A stretch of 51,967 nucleotides of DNA, filler included, from Ionaspis alba (GCA_964255285.1; 3 parts of 3 records of this genome joined end to end with filler, not necessarily neighbours in it), one strand, 5' to 3'; positions 23,517 through 35,369 are shown, counted from the whole stretch's first letter. The notes: generated by a model from the letters alone, not told the origin. Made by a program: numbers and translations.

Positions 23517-24236
23517 GGTGTTCGGAAGATAGCCAAAGGCCTGGTCTCGGAGTGCCCTTTGGATTGCCGGCACCATACGGATAAAGGAGTTGTGACAAAC
23601 TGCGAGGTTATGATTCTCCTTCAGGACAAGCATTGGTAATGCAAGGCTGGACAGGTCCTGTTATATTAATCAAGAGACCACAGGCGCTGATAGAGGAGAG
23701 TAGCTCAGAAATGGATTCCCAGATTTGAGGGTTTCCAAAGTGGGATACCAGAAATCAGACGATAATCCCTGCTGCTCAGCCAATGGCATCCTGGACGGCT
23801 TTCCAGCCGTTCGGGCCTCTATCAGGTCCACTGAAAATAGGCCGACCTCGTCCCTTTTTGATCGTCCTGAGTCTCATGTCCTCGCTAGAAGTCTCCTTGT
23901 GAAGCCGTGCGTCCGGAAGAGGCGACTCGGGGCGTTTGCTCGGTCCTGCATGAGTCAGCTAATTTGTTTGGTGATGTGATATGGACTCTCCTCACCTTGA
24001 GATGAAGCTTGGGATTGCTGTATAGTGAAGACATCTATCACATTACTTGAAGTCCGAGGTCTCAGTGACTCGATTTAGATGAGCAGGACGGGGACAATGA
24101 CTGACTCGGACATCGCATGACAGATACTTTCTAATGCTTCCCTCTCCCGCTTTACCGACTCCGGATCAGGTTGGTAGACAGGTCTTTGGCTCGGCTGATT
24201 ATGTGTGCCATATTGAGAGCGATATGGGTCATCGTA

Positions 24237-24446
24237 GAGAAGTCGAGATGTCTCACCGTCCTATGCCAGCAAGGGAGGAACATTAGCAGATNNNNNNNNN
24301 NNNNNNNNNNNNNNNNNNNNNNNNNNNNNNNNNNNNNNNNNNNNNNNNNNNNNNNNNNNNNNNNNNNNNNNNNNNNNNNNNNNNNNNNNNNGAGAAGTCG
24401 AGATGTCTCACCGTCCTATGCCAGCAAGGGAGGAACATTAGCAGAT
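24237..24446. repeat. 55-bp direct duplication flanking a 100-N gap (assembly artefact)
   Basis: 24237-24291 is identical to 24392-24446. Confidence 0.95.
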
Positions 24447-25258
24447 AGAAAAGCTTTGGAAGGGGGTGTTCCGCACTCCTGATTGAGAATTTCGCCTTCT
24501 CAGTCCAAGGCAGGAGGCGCAGACCCCCATGGAATGCGGCTTGCTGAGAGCGAGAAACTGCTAAGCCAATTGAGGCGATGGAAGTTCAGATGGCTCAGGA
24601 CGGAGGTGGAGGTCGAATGAGATTGACTGTAGCGCTTCACGCGTGAAGCTTGGCATTGAAGCATTGTTCGGAGCCTCCTTCTGCTTCCACTCCAACCTCT
24701 TTAGCTGAATGCATCTTGTCTACATAGCACAAACATACCAGCGATTGATATGCTGTAGGTTCTTTCAGTATTCGCGGTGCGACCATCATAAGTGGCGTCC
24801 TATGCGTTCGTTGCTCATGCGCAACCTCTCCACGTCTCTAACAATTTTGTATAACTCCCCTACTTGACCCACACACCTGACCACTGTCTTTCTTACCTCT
24901 TCTTTCTACGTCGTCGGTTGAACTGATTTCTTGCGCTTGATGCATGGTATGCAAGGCAAATTCCGACCGATTACCGGTACCCTTGCTTAAGGCAGTGAAA
25001 AATCGTCGTTATGGCTTCAACGAGGAATGCGGGATTGAAACAGATATCCCAAAGGTCCTTGCGGGCCTCTTCAATGCATGATATCCTCTGACATTGGCTG
25101 GGGACAGGGGTGAATTCCAGGACGTTGCCATATCTATAAAGTACTTCTATCCTCTATCGACGTGCTTGCTGCGCCAGCGACTTTGCAAAGCGTTCGCTCT
25201 TTACATCTGATAGTCCATCGTCCTTTTCACTACTACTAAATCCCTAGTGCAGTGCAGA

Positions 25259-27370
25259 ATGCACATTTCCTTCTTTTCGTTGGCCTCGGCCCTTGCTCTC
25301 TTCCTGTCCTTCGCGCCTGTTCTTTGCTGGCCTGCCTTTGATCTAGTAAACAAACGTCAACTTACGTCCACTGTATTAGTCAATGCCACAGCCACAGCCA
25401 CAGTCATTGCTACTGCTCCAGCTTCTACGACCACAGATGAAGTTTGCGTCGAGGATCCGCTGTATTCAATCATAGCCAATGATCCCGAAGATTCGTACCC
25501 TTTTTGCAGTTCTTATATCAGTATTCCACTTTACACGACATCAACAGTGCTTGCTACAGATGTTACGTCAGTTTGAGTTCACTCCCTTCTCTGCACTCTC
25601 TAATATCTATCAGAACTGTCACTGTCTCTTCCACAACGACTACCACAAATAGTGGGGTGGTCACCGTGGCATCCTCGACAGCGACTACCACCACGACAGG
25701 CAAGGGATGGCAGAGACGTGCTCCAGACCCAACGCCTGCTCCACGTCTAAAAGACTCGCATCGATTGATGAGGTTATCGAGCAGTGCCTGCACTGATAGT
25801 GCTCTACGAACCGCACTGTCCAGTGCTTGTTCATGTCAGCACATTAGCCCCTCAACAACGACGTTATGTGAAACAATCTCTACTGTGAGTTCAAATAATA
25901 TCGCTCGAGATATACCCCAGAGTCTGATAGAGCTTGCAGACCAAGACTGAGCTTGCGATTGTTTACAAGGGAACTACCTCACTCAGCACATACACGACAG
26001 GCGTGACGACAACAACCATTACGGTCAATCCTTACCCATATCCTACGCCCTCAAAGCCTTCCACTGGACCTCCTGGTAATTACCATTTTAATCCCCCTAT
26101 AGTCCTAATGAATTTCCTCAAGCAAACCACTAACACACATAGTCATAAACACCACCAGTATGACTGCAGTCACACCAAGCGGGACAGGCGCACCAATCGC
26201 TACCAACAGCACTTCGGAAGCCCTTACCACGCCGCCATTCAATCCTTCCAATGCACCAGCAAGCGGCAGTCCCCCTTCAGCGACCTCGACCGTTCTCGTC
26301 ACCGTCTCGGCAGGACCGAACACTACCATGACCATGAAGCCGTCAACGGGTCCACTTCCACCCTATACAACCGTTCCAGTCGGCACGGGATCCAGCGGTT
26401 CGCCCGTGCCTTCCCCAAACATGACATCAAGTTCCGATACAAGCTACACCACCCCATCGCCGAGCTTCTCCAATGCTCCGTTCAGCGGCAACCCGGAATC
26501 TACAACCACGACCACGATCACCGTGACCCTGTCCTACAAGCCTTCTCATACATCAAAGCCCTACAACTACACAGTCCCTCCTCATAGTAGCAAGCCAGTC
26601 TACCCGACGGGTCATTCTAGCGGCTATTATCCCTCAAGCGGGATGCCACACTCCTCACCGTACAACTACTCCTCGCTACCAGGAACGACGGTGTCGCCAT
26701 CGACTGAGATGAATGCAACAGCAATGACTCCTTCCACTACGATGCCCACAACATCAAGCTTCATCACCGGCGTTCCTTCACCTTCCTACCCTGGTATGAA
26801 CTACACCACTTCCACTGAGCCGACTGTCTCGTCCGGAACTGCGGCGACTCCAGCAACGACTTCTATCCCGTCCGGCATGCCTTCTCCATCAACGTAGGTC
26901 GCATGGATATCTTCCGCTAATTCCCCACAATCTGCTAATACGCTTTTTAGCAACATGACCACAAGCACCGGCACAGAGGGTCCGTACACAGTCCCGCCTT
27001 TCGGTCCAGGCGGAATCGGTGAGCGTACGACATATTGGTCAATAGTGGGTACAACAAGCTACCCATACTTTGTGGTATGTGGAACCCCCGCATTCCTAGA
27101 CGATTACCTCGCGAGTGATCGTGACACTAAGATTTCTTGTCTCTTTAGTCCGAAACAACCTCCACTAGCTTCTACACTTCGACTACAGCCTCAACAACCA
27201 CCATCACCTTCGCGACTGTCTGGCCCTCGGGCGTTCCACCACCAGGTGCCGAGACCTACACCACCGAGGGGCCGTCTGGCTACTCGTACCCTTATCCCAC
27301 TGAGACTCCCGCCGTTCAGCGAGTGCCGCATGTCAGGAGGCATGTGAGGGACGTGATGGCGGATGAGTGA
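25259..27370 (+). CDS. Secreted Ser/Thr/Pro-rich (mucin-like, probably cell-surface) protein, 6 exons
   Basis: Signal peptide MHISFFSLASALALFLSFAPVLC, dibasic site VNKR, Cys motifs PFCSSYI and LSSACSC. In-phase GT-AG introns link the Thr/Ser/Pro-rich exons. Ends ...VRRHVRDVMADE* at 27368-27370. TATAAA at about 25135. Confidence 0.75.
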
Positions 27371-28199
27371 CCGAATGATCTGGGAGGGCGAGCATGCACG
27401 AGATGGAGAAGATGCGGCAATTAGGAAGAGGGTCAGTGCTGGAGAATGACGACAAGGAGGAATAAAAGAGATGACGGGATATATCTGGGCATTTTCATTC
27501 GAGCGTCTTGATTTTTCGTGGAATGAGATTGAATAACGACTAGACATCTTGGTAGATTGAGATTGGTGCCGGACGCCGTGGTATGATGATGAATAGAACA
27601 TATCATTCGGATCCACTTTCGGTAACTTGATGTGTCCCTCAACTCCGTCATTTGGGTCCTAGTCTAGCATCACAGTCCTCTCCACTTTCATTTTCTGGTC
27701 CTCGGGTGTATAGCTCAATTCTGGATAGTTCCAGTTTCGCACGATATAATTAGAACATAAAGTCTTCACTAAGCAGTCTCTGATTCGTCATTATCCGTTA
27801 TCCGTCATTTGGACCTTCTCAAGGCGCAACGTCAGGTTAAGGCGTAATTCGTGGGGAATAAGGCATTTGCGTTTTGGGTCGTGTTCATAAAACAGTGGTT
27901 CCATCTCTACGTTCAGCTTTCTAAGTTCGTGACCGAGTTGTATGCTTCCATGTGAGGATAGATAGTTGTGGTTCCAAAAACCATGGGAGTACTTTTCTTC
28001 ATGATTACTGCAGGTTCGCAATTCCTGAGCTTCTGCAGTGTTCGATATGGTCATGTGTTTAAATCTGACCGACTACTAGGAAGTATTTTCTACTCCGGTC
28101 AGGGTGAAGTGAGAGATGAGGACACGCTTGCCTTTCTTTCTCGGAAGCTGTCGGGAGCTCGAAAAGTTGCTTCTCTCCCCAAAGTGCTTGTATTATGTT

Positions 28200-29353
28200 A
28201 CCATGTGCTAATTCGAGTAGATACTGTTTTCACAGCCATATCTAAGATTTACAACGGATCTTGGCATAGACAAAGCAACTGCTTTCGCGACGACATCAGA
28301 GCAACTAAGGTCCACAGGTCTTGGACTATCGATCTTGACAATGACATGGTACTATAGGACCAGGAAGGACAGTATCGCAAGGTGGCCTTGAGTCTGCTTC
28401 GCCAACGTCCGGTAACTTTTGCTTAATTCACTCCGTATACGCCGATCGCTCTCCAAATACGTAACCTGCAGGAAACCTTCCCACCTCCATATTGGGAGCC
28501 AAATGCCGATATGCCCGAACGTAAACTGCGATTTGTGACGCGCATACTCAACGATTTCGCTTTCCAATCGCGGTCTCTTTTATGGAGCCCATGCGATGAT
28601 AACACGTTCCGTAGACTGGCGCGAGGCATTATCAGGATAGCTGGATTGGACTTCGATGTGGCTACTGTCGAGAGTGGGAAGCATGGCATGGCTGCTCGCC
28701 TTGCTGGTGTCCATACTTTACCGGAGTGGGAGCCTTTCGACAACCAAGTTGTATCGCTTGGTAGAGCATGGCTTGTGCTATCCCAGCACCCAAAGAGAGC
28801 TGTGCCATTGGTCCATCAGCACTTCCGAGGTTTGCAGCAAGTCGAAGGAGCAAAATATGGTCCTAGAGGAGAAAGTGCTGATACACTTTATCTCATATTG
28901 TCCATTAGCCACATCGTCTTGTGTCGCTTCCACAATGGCGTATTTGAGTATGCTCAACCTCAATCTTTGTTCAGCGGTGTCGATAATCCTTCCCTTGCCG
29001 CCATCGAGTTGCTTCTGATTGCGACTAGCCCGACATTTTCTCCTCGAACTATCCATAGCCTACCCGTTGAGCTGCAAGATCAGGTTCTTGGTCACCTATC
29101 ATTACCACCAATTCAGAAAGCAACAGTAGCCTGTTTGTTGGACATTGGATCGCCCCTTTCCTGGGAAAGCAAAAGTCGGCGAGCAGAACGTGACGATGGC
29201 GACAGATGGTGGTTTCATAGGGGAATCAAGGAAGAGATCTGGTTTGATCGGGATTTCAGTCGAGTGTCGTATCGAGCAGCTCTGACATCGACACCGGGAC
29301 CGACGGAGGAGCTGCGCAGTTCATCAGGAGATATGATGCTCGTTGCCTTATAA
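28200..29353 (+). pseudogene. Probable pseudogene of a fungal hypothetical protein with a C-terminal F-box-like motif (5' boundary approximate)
   Basis: ORFs 27968-28357 and 28511-29353 share one frame, separated by TAG (28355-57) and TAA (28424-26): WTIDLDNDMVL*DQEGQYRKVALSLLRQRPVTFA*FTPY...FPPPYW...RILNDFAFQ. Motif IHSLPVELQDQVLGHL lies near the C-terminus. Confidence 0.6.
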
Positions 29354-29356
29354 CTT

Positions 29357-29566
29357 GCCTACCTCGGAATCAGGTGTAAAAGAATTCCATCGACATATCC
29401 ACCATCTCAACNNNNNNNNNNNNNNNNNNNNNNNNNNNNNNNNNNNNNNNNNNNNNNNNNNNNNNNNNNNNNNNNNNNNNNNNNNNNNNNNNNNNNNNNN
29501 NNNNNNNNNNNGCCTACCTCGGAATCAGGTGTAAAAGAATTCCATCGACATATCCACCATCTCAAC
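29357..29566. repeat. 55-bp direct duplication flanking a 100-N gap (assembly artefact)
   Basis: 29357-29411 is identical to 29512-29566. Confidence 0.95.
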
Positions 29567-30238
29567 AGCCCTCGGTCTGATCTTCCTCAAGACTAGTAAT
29601 GACTCTCTCGCAAAATCAGCTGTGAACTCCTCATACTCATCGAACGTCCCGTCCAACCACGCAGACTCCGTGCCCGCAAGCCCATGAATCATTGCTCTCC
29701 TGACACAGAATAGGCGCAATTTTGGCGACAACAGTTCCGCACACACGAAACTGATGATCTTGCTTAGCGCGCATTGATCTCCATTTTCTTTGGACCCAAT
29801 CCACGAGTACAGAACCATGACAGCATCCCTCATCAGATCCTTTGCACACCACTTTTCGGCCATAGCATACAGCCGCAAATATATTTCAATCCCGTCCTCG
29901 TTCAAACCAGTGGGCTGAGCATCAAGACCCTTGTACAGCCAGATCATGAAGAGCTCGAAAGCGGCCGGATTCTCGTCAATGAGCTCTATTTCCGCAGCGG
30001 TCGACTCTCTGAAGGAACCACAGAATGCTTTACGGAAGAAGAGTACCTTGTGGCAAAGTAATGCGCGGTGAGCTGTGAAATGCTGTAGATCGCGGCCAAC
30101 GTACAGTGACACGGTGTCTGAAGTCATGAGTCTTAAGGGGGAATCGTTAGCTGTAGGACATGAAATGGGGGCGAGATCTACATACTTGGCCAAGGTGCGG
30201 TCTGGCAAAGGTCCAGAGACAGGAAATTTAGAGGCCAT
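29525..30238 (-). CDS. BTB/POZ-domain protein
   Basis: SDTVSLYVGRDLQHFTAHRALLCHKVLFFRKAFCGSFRESTAAEIELIDENPAAFELFMIWLY...RLYAMAEKW is a classic fungal BTB. First ATG at 30238 (30271 is GTG). Confidence 0.88.
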   Translation of the reverse strand: MASKFPVSGPLPDRTLAKYVDLAPISCPTANDSPLRLMTSDTVSLYVGRDLQHFTAHRALLCHKVLFFRKAFCGSFRESTAAEIELIDENPAAFELFMIWLYKGLDAQPTGLNEDGIEIYLRLYAMAEKWCAKDLMRDAVMVLYSWIGSKENGDQCALSKIISFVCAELLSPKLRLFCVRRAMIHGLAGTESAWLDGTFDEYEEFTADFARESLLVLRKIRPRAVEMVDMSMEFFYT

Positions 30239-30782
30239 GTTCTCCTCGTGCAAGCCCGCAATGAGGATCACGATGCAGTGAATATGGCATAATGAACGAT
30301 TGTAAAAACGAAATAGTAGTTTGATATCACTTTATGCTTCTTCAAAGTGGGGCTCACGGTTATGTGCTAGATTATATTCACATCCCTTACCTACATAGTC
30401 ACACCTCGTCAGTAATGGCTCATATTCATCAATATGCCAATTGCGTCTAAGAGTTTGGTAGAACTTTCCCTTGCAGAAAGGTGCGTCAAACGCGTGAAGC
30501 TTGCACCTACAATCATTCAATGATTGGTAAAATTGACGAGCCGGCAATTGCTTTTGACTCATGACTTTGCTGTGTGAGTGAGACATGCGTGGCAATTACC
30601 CCATTTCGGCTAATATTAGCAGCACAGTCTGACACAGCCAGCCAGCGGACCAATCACAGATCGTCACAGACCAGCTCTCGGTCGTTCAAATACCCTATAC
30701 AGGACCCTGGAGGTGGAGCGTCACGTAACAGACCGCAGCCATCGAAGGAACAAAATAATTCAGATATCACAACTATCCTTAC

Positions 30783-33700
30783 TCACCTCATCGGACTGGC
30801 CCCTAGATCCCTCCTCTTCCTTACTGGCGTCGCAAATCCACTCCCGCCATCATCTCCCTCTCCCGGCACACCCAATCCCACCTCCGTACTCCTCATACCC
30901 TCACGTCTGCTGATCATCCTCCCACCCTCTCCAGGTGGCTTATACCCCCACTTCTTGCCCTCCCTGTATACCTCCTCAACCATCGTCTCCACAACGCCCG
31001 CATCACGAAACTCTTCGAACTTCCTCCACAATCTGAGCGCACTCCTCGCATCCTCGATACTATCGTGCGTCTCCTGCTGGATATCCTCTTTGAGCAGATA
31101 CCACGCCAGAAAGCGCAGACTGAGTTTGCGCTGCCGGGCACGAATATAGAACAAGTCGACAGTATCGACGACCTGGGCTTTGGGGACGTGGATATTGATG
31201 ATGCGGAAATCCTTCGGGAGACCGTGCCCGATGAAGACGACGCCGAGATTCAGCAGTAGCCAAAGCTTCTTGTAAGCCACTTTCAGCGGGACAAGATTGT
31301 GGGCTGAGAATCGGGGGTCTAGATCGCCTTCGTAGAGGCCGGACCATTGAGTCAGGTAGTCGACAATGGGCTCGGAGATGGTGATGTAGTCATTGATGAA
31401 GGGGAGGCCTTCGTCAGTGCCGCTGCCGCGGAGGACGGAGACACGCGCAAGACCTTGGCGGGTAGGGCGGACGATCTCGCGGTCGCCGTCGGCTTTGATT
31501 TCGATCTCTTCTTGTTGCAAGGCGACGAACTCCGTGTCGATTGCAACGTGAGAGCCGGGGGCTGGGGCTTCGGTAGAGGGTTGGAGGACTCGGCAATGCT
31601 GAGGGGCTCGGTTGCTGTTTACTTGTCAGTTGCAATTAGGTCTGAACAATATCAAGGGGTAGTACTTGATAGACCAATCATAGTATAGCAGACTGGTGTC
31701 AAGGGTAGCTTTCCATTCGTCATCCACGACATGTCTTCCGCTTTTGACTTGATATGTAATGATAGAAGGGACTTTCCACGATGGGAAGAATGAAAGAGCG
31801 TCCTCCCGGTGGACTTTCCTTACGAGGAAGTCGTTGAAGAGATGCCAATGGATTTCTTGCGTTGGTTCTCGTTCAGAAATCGAGGCTGTATCAGATAAGC
31901 CAGACGACAATGAGTAGGAGGAAAGTTCCGCCTACTGTTGATCAGAGAAACCAAGTGAGATTTCTGATGTACTCCACTGTTGATATCTGCGACTACTCCC
32001 ACAAGCTCGTAGACCTTAACTGCATGCAAGCCTCGTTCCAGATGCAGCCGTAGATCTGTGCCCTCGAAACAGAAGAACTTTCTGTTCTCAATGATGACTC
32101 CAATTGTATTTGGCAACCATCCAGGGATAGCCCAGTACTGCTTAGCCTCGGCAGATTTCAAGGCAGCATTAATCATCAGAACATCCGGAACTGTATTGAC
32201 AGCTTTCCGAGTCGCGAGCTGTTGATAACGACGACACGTACCACACCAGCCACGAGTTTGGGTCTCCCTTTCAACGCTTGCCTTTAGAATCTGAGAGAAC
32301 GAAGGTACTGAAGCCCGTAATCTGCTTGCGGTCTGCTGTTGATGGTGTGAGATTGAACTAATCGAGAACACCTAGGGGATGCTCACCATTGGTGGATAGA
32401 TCAAATCATTGATGTACGTGCCACCGGGTCGGATGGTCTCGTTATGGCAATGAACACATCTTATACTCGATAATGCATCGATACCCAACGTCTGCGGAAC
32501 TGTTACTCTGGGCTTCATGATAGAGACCGCCTTCTCACCATCTGGAAGTCTATTGAATTGGGCGAGATCTTTCTGAAGTCGGTACTGGTTTGTTCGAGCA
32601 TGAAGCGACAGGTAGACTGGACCATCTCGCTGAGCGGGGAAGCGGTTGCGTACTCTTCAAGAAGTCCTAATCTGGCAGCTAGTCCAAGGTTAGCACTGAA
32701 CCATTTGTTTTGACAACGTTTGACGCTTAAACATGCCTTCTGGAATGCTACTGAACGTCTTCAAGAAGTTCGTAGCCTGACAATTCTGTCCTTCTGCCTT
32801 ATCAAGCATATCGAATAAAAATCCCATTTCGCATAACAAGCATGGGTCATTCAGACAGGCCGTTGCAGTATGATATAATGCCAGATTCCGAACAAGAGGC
32901 GTGAGCTTGAGGAGTTGAAGAAGTGGATTGGTATAAGAATTAGCAATATGAGTCTCTAGCCCGGAGAATTGTGTTTTATTATAATATCTAATAGGAACTA
33001 TTAGCATAGTTATACATAGTGGGAAAACTGCTTTCATACTCAAAGTCAAAATCGTCCACACCAAACTTGCTATACTTGATTTCCACATTCCGATACATGA
33101 TAGGCACATCGGCCTTAGTGCTGCCACTGAGGGCCGTATTGACGAGCGCCTCCTGGATTTCGCTGATCCGTCGCTCCGTTGCATCCTCCTGATCATGCTC
33201 TCTAGCTTTCTCGCTTAGAAATTTTGGAGCAGCCAGAACAGGCCCATTTGTTTCTATAATCCTAGTTTTCTCTGCTTGGTTCCTCCGAACTTTCCTTGGG
33301 TTCGATGCATATGCTCCAATCTCATGATGTCGTAGTTCCATTAAGATGAGTGGATCAATTTTGGCTGGAGGGTTGCCGACCTCATAGACCAATGTATTGT
33401 TCCATGCCGAAAGGAGTTGCTCTCGGTAATATGGCACACCAATTGTGCTGAAAGGACTACATACACATATCCATTTAGACGTCATTAGACAGCACGGAGT
33501 ATCAGACGACCTACATATCCGCATCGACATCGATGATGGCAACAGCATCTTGCGTATCTGCAAATTCGGTAGCATTACTGAACTCGGCAAATTTGAATTT
33601 CGTCGGAGAACCCCAAAGATGAATAGAATTGTCAGCATCCGAGATGGCAAGGGCCTCACCCGAAGGTGCTAGAACAAGATCTGACAGGTAAGAAGAGATA

Positions 33701-34668
33701 TTGACTTGGCGCAAATCGACTGTATTCGGGTTCATCAGGTCAACAACTTGCAGTTGACCATTGTGGGATGCAATAATACACGTGGTCGACATCCTCGGAT
33801 GCATTTGAACATGAGCAGCCCCAGCTTGAAAAGGGATAGGCGGAAGCTGGACCATCATCCTCAGATCGTACACATTAGCGAGACTAGCCAGCATTGGTGT
33901 TCCTTGAGGTCGAGTGACCCAGCCGCAGGTCACAAGATAGTTGTTCCTGGCATCCATATCGGAGATCCCCACATAATTCGTAGTCAATGTTTTGACAATT
34001 CGCAACGTATCCGAATCAAGGATGTTGATAGACCCAGAGCTGGTAGCAGCACAGATGTATCGACTAAATTTCATCAAGGTGTACTCATAGTCCGTGGAAA
34101 TCTTGGAGCGGATTAGTACGTTTCAACGTTCCTTCAGGCACAGCCTGCACTTTACCTCCTCAACGATCTGACCCTTCTCAATATCAATCTTGAACATCTT
34201 ATCCTGACGACCCGCTGCAATGATGAAGGCATTGTCTTTCCCGAGATAGCTCATGCAACAAAGGTCTTTCATGCGAGGGTCCCTGGATTGTCACCGTCAA
34301 TTCGGCGGCACCTAAAGCTTTCCCTTGATTCTCCATACTGAATATGCCATTGCGCCAAACCCCGCCTCGAAGACAAATGGACGCTGTTTGGGGCGATGGA
34401 GATAACACCCCGCTCGTGAAAGAGCAATTGCTTGACCGGCCCCGCACGAGGATGTGTATAGACTGAAGTGTACTTCTGCAGTTCCTGGCCGTAAAAGGAT
34501 GTGATCCGCCCCTTTTCATGGTTCCGATCAGTACTCTGGCCCCTCTGCAGAGACACCCACAATGCTCACAGTGTCGCTCCCTACCCACAATAGCTCTTGG
34601 AGGGGATCAAAAGCCAAAGTACTGGCATGTGTCGGTGTATCAAGAAGGTCTTGTGGGGAAATGGTGAT
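30783..34668 (-). CDS. PAN2: PAN2-PAN3 deadenylase catalytic subunit Pan2 (multi-exon; 5' end lost in gap)
   Basis: WD40 N-terminal region, pseudo-UCH ([23 protein letters not shown]...NCQATNFLK), and DEDD exonuclease motifs [17 protein letters not shown] and THDSIEDA. Confidence 0.96.
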
Positions 34669-34768
34669 NNNNNNNNNNNNNNNNNNNNNNNNNNNNNNNN
34701 NNNNNNNNNNNNTTAATTAATTAANNNNNNNNNNNNNNNNNNNNNNNNNNNNNNNNNNNNNNNNNNNN
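34669..34768. other. Assembly linker: 44 N + TTAATTAATTAA + 44 N
   Basis: 12-mer at 34713-34724 centred in a 100-nt gap; it removes the PAN2 start. Confidence 0.95.
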
Positions 34769-35086
34769 TAACGTGTAGGTGCGCTTGTAACTGGATATGT
34801 TGTGGCACTCTCTTGCCGGGACCAAGGGAATGTTGACGTTCGGCAAGCAGCGCGCCGCGCGTGAGTTTTCATTGGCGCTTTCGGCAGCTCGGCAAAGAGG
34901 GGCCCTTAAACCCTGTTTAACTTGGGCTCGTCGAGATGATGCCGTCCAAGCTCTGCATGGCCGGGATCAGAATACTACAAACCATCGACAAATCTCGACA
35001 AATCGAGCCCGAAGAGAGCGTTGTGAACCGGATCAAGATGTGGACCGCGTAAAAAGAACCCTGGCCGCGACAAATCGATTCTCAAT

Positions 35087-35369
35087 ATGCCTGGCAGAAC
35101 TAGACCCATTGACAAGTTTGCTGAAGCCGTAGCAAAATGCTCCGCTGAGGTTATGCCACAATTCTGGTACTTTGCAGACAGCTAACTGACGTATCGATTA
35201 GTCTTCGGCCTACGGCAAGTGCATACTGGCGGACTACAACAATGTCCACAAGGACAAATGCCTCACTGAGTTCATGCGGCTCAAGGAGTGTTACACTGTA
35301 TTGATTGCTTGATCAATGTTTGAGCCAGCGGAAGGCTAATATCGACAGGCTGCAGTCAAGCGGAAGTAA
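35087..35369 (+). CDS. Twin CX9C microprotein, NDUFAF8-like complex I assembly factor (3 exons: 35087-35149, 35202-35297, 35349-35369; 59 aa)
   Basis: Spliced: MPGRTRPIDKFAEAVAKCSAE|SSAYGKCILADYNNVHKDKCLTEFMRLKECYT|AAVKRK*. Two CX9C motifs; both introns are phase 0 GT-AG with GCTAAC/GCTAAT branch points. Confidence 0.85.

Noticed and set aside
30574..31688. Plus-strand ORFs of 113-191 aa antisense to PAN2, and similar shadow ORFs opposite ILS1, MTR10, the kinase and the SDR
   Set aside because: Explained by codon bias of the real gene on the opposite strand; no independent motifs.
32900..32990. Missing catalytic Cys in the UCH domain of Pan2
   Set aside because: Pan2's UCH domain is a well-known pseudo-protease.
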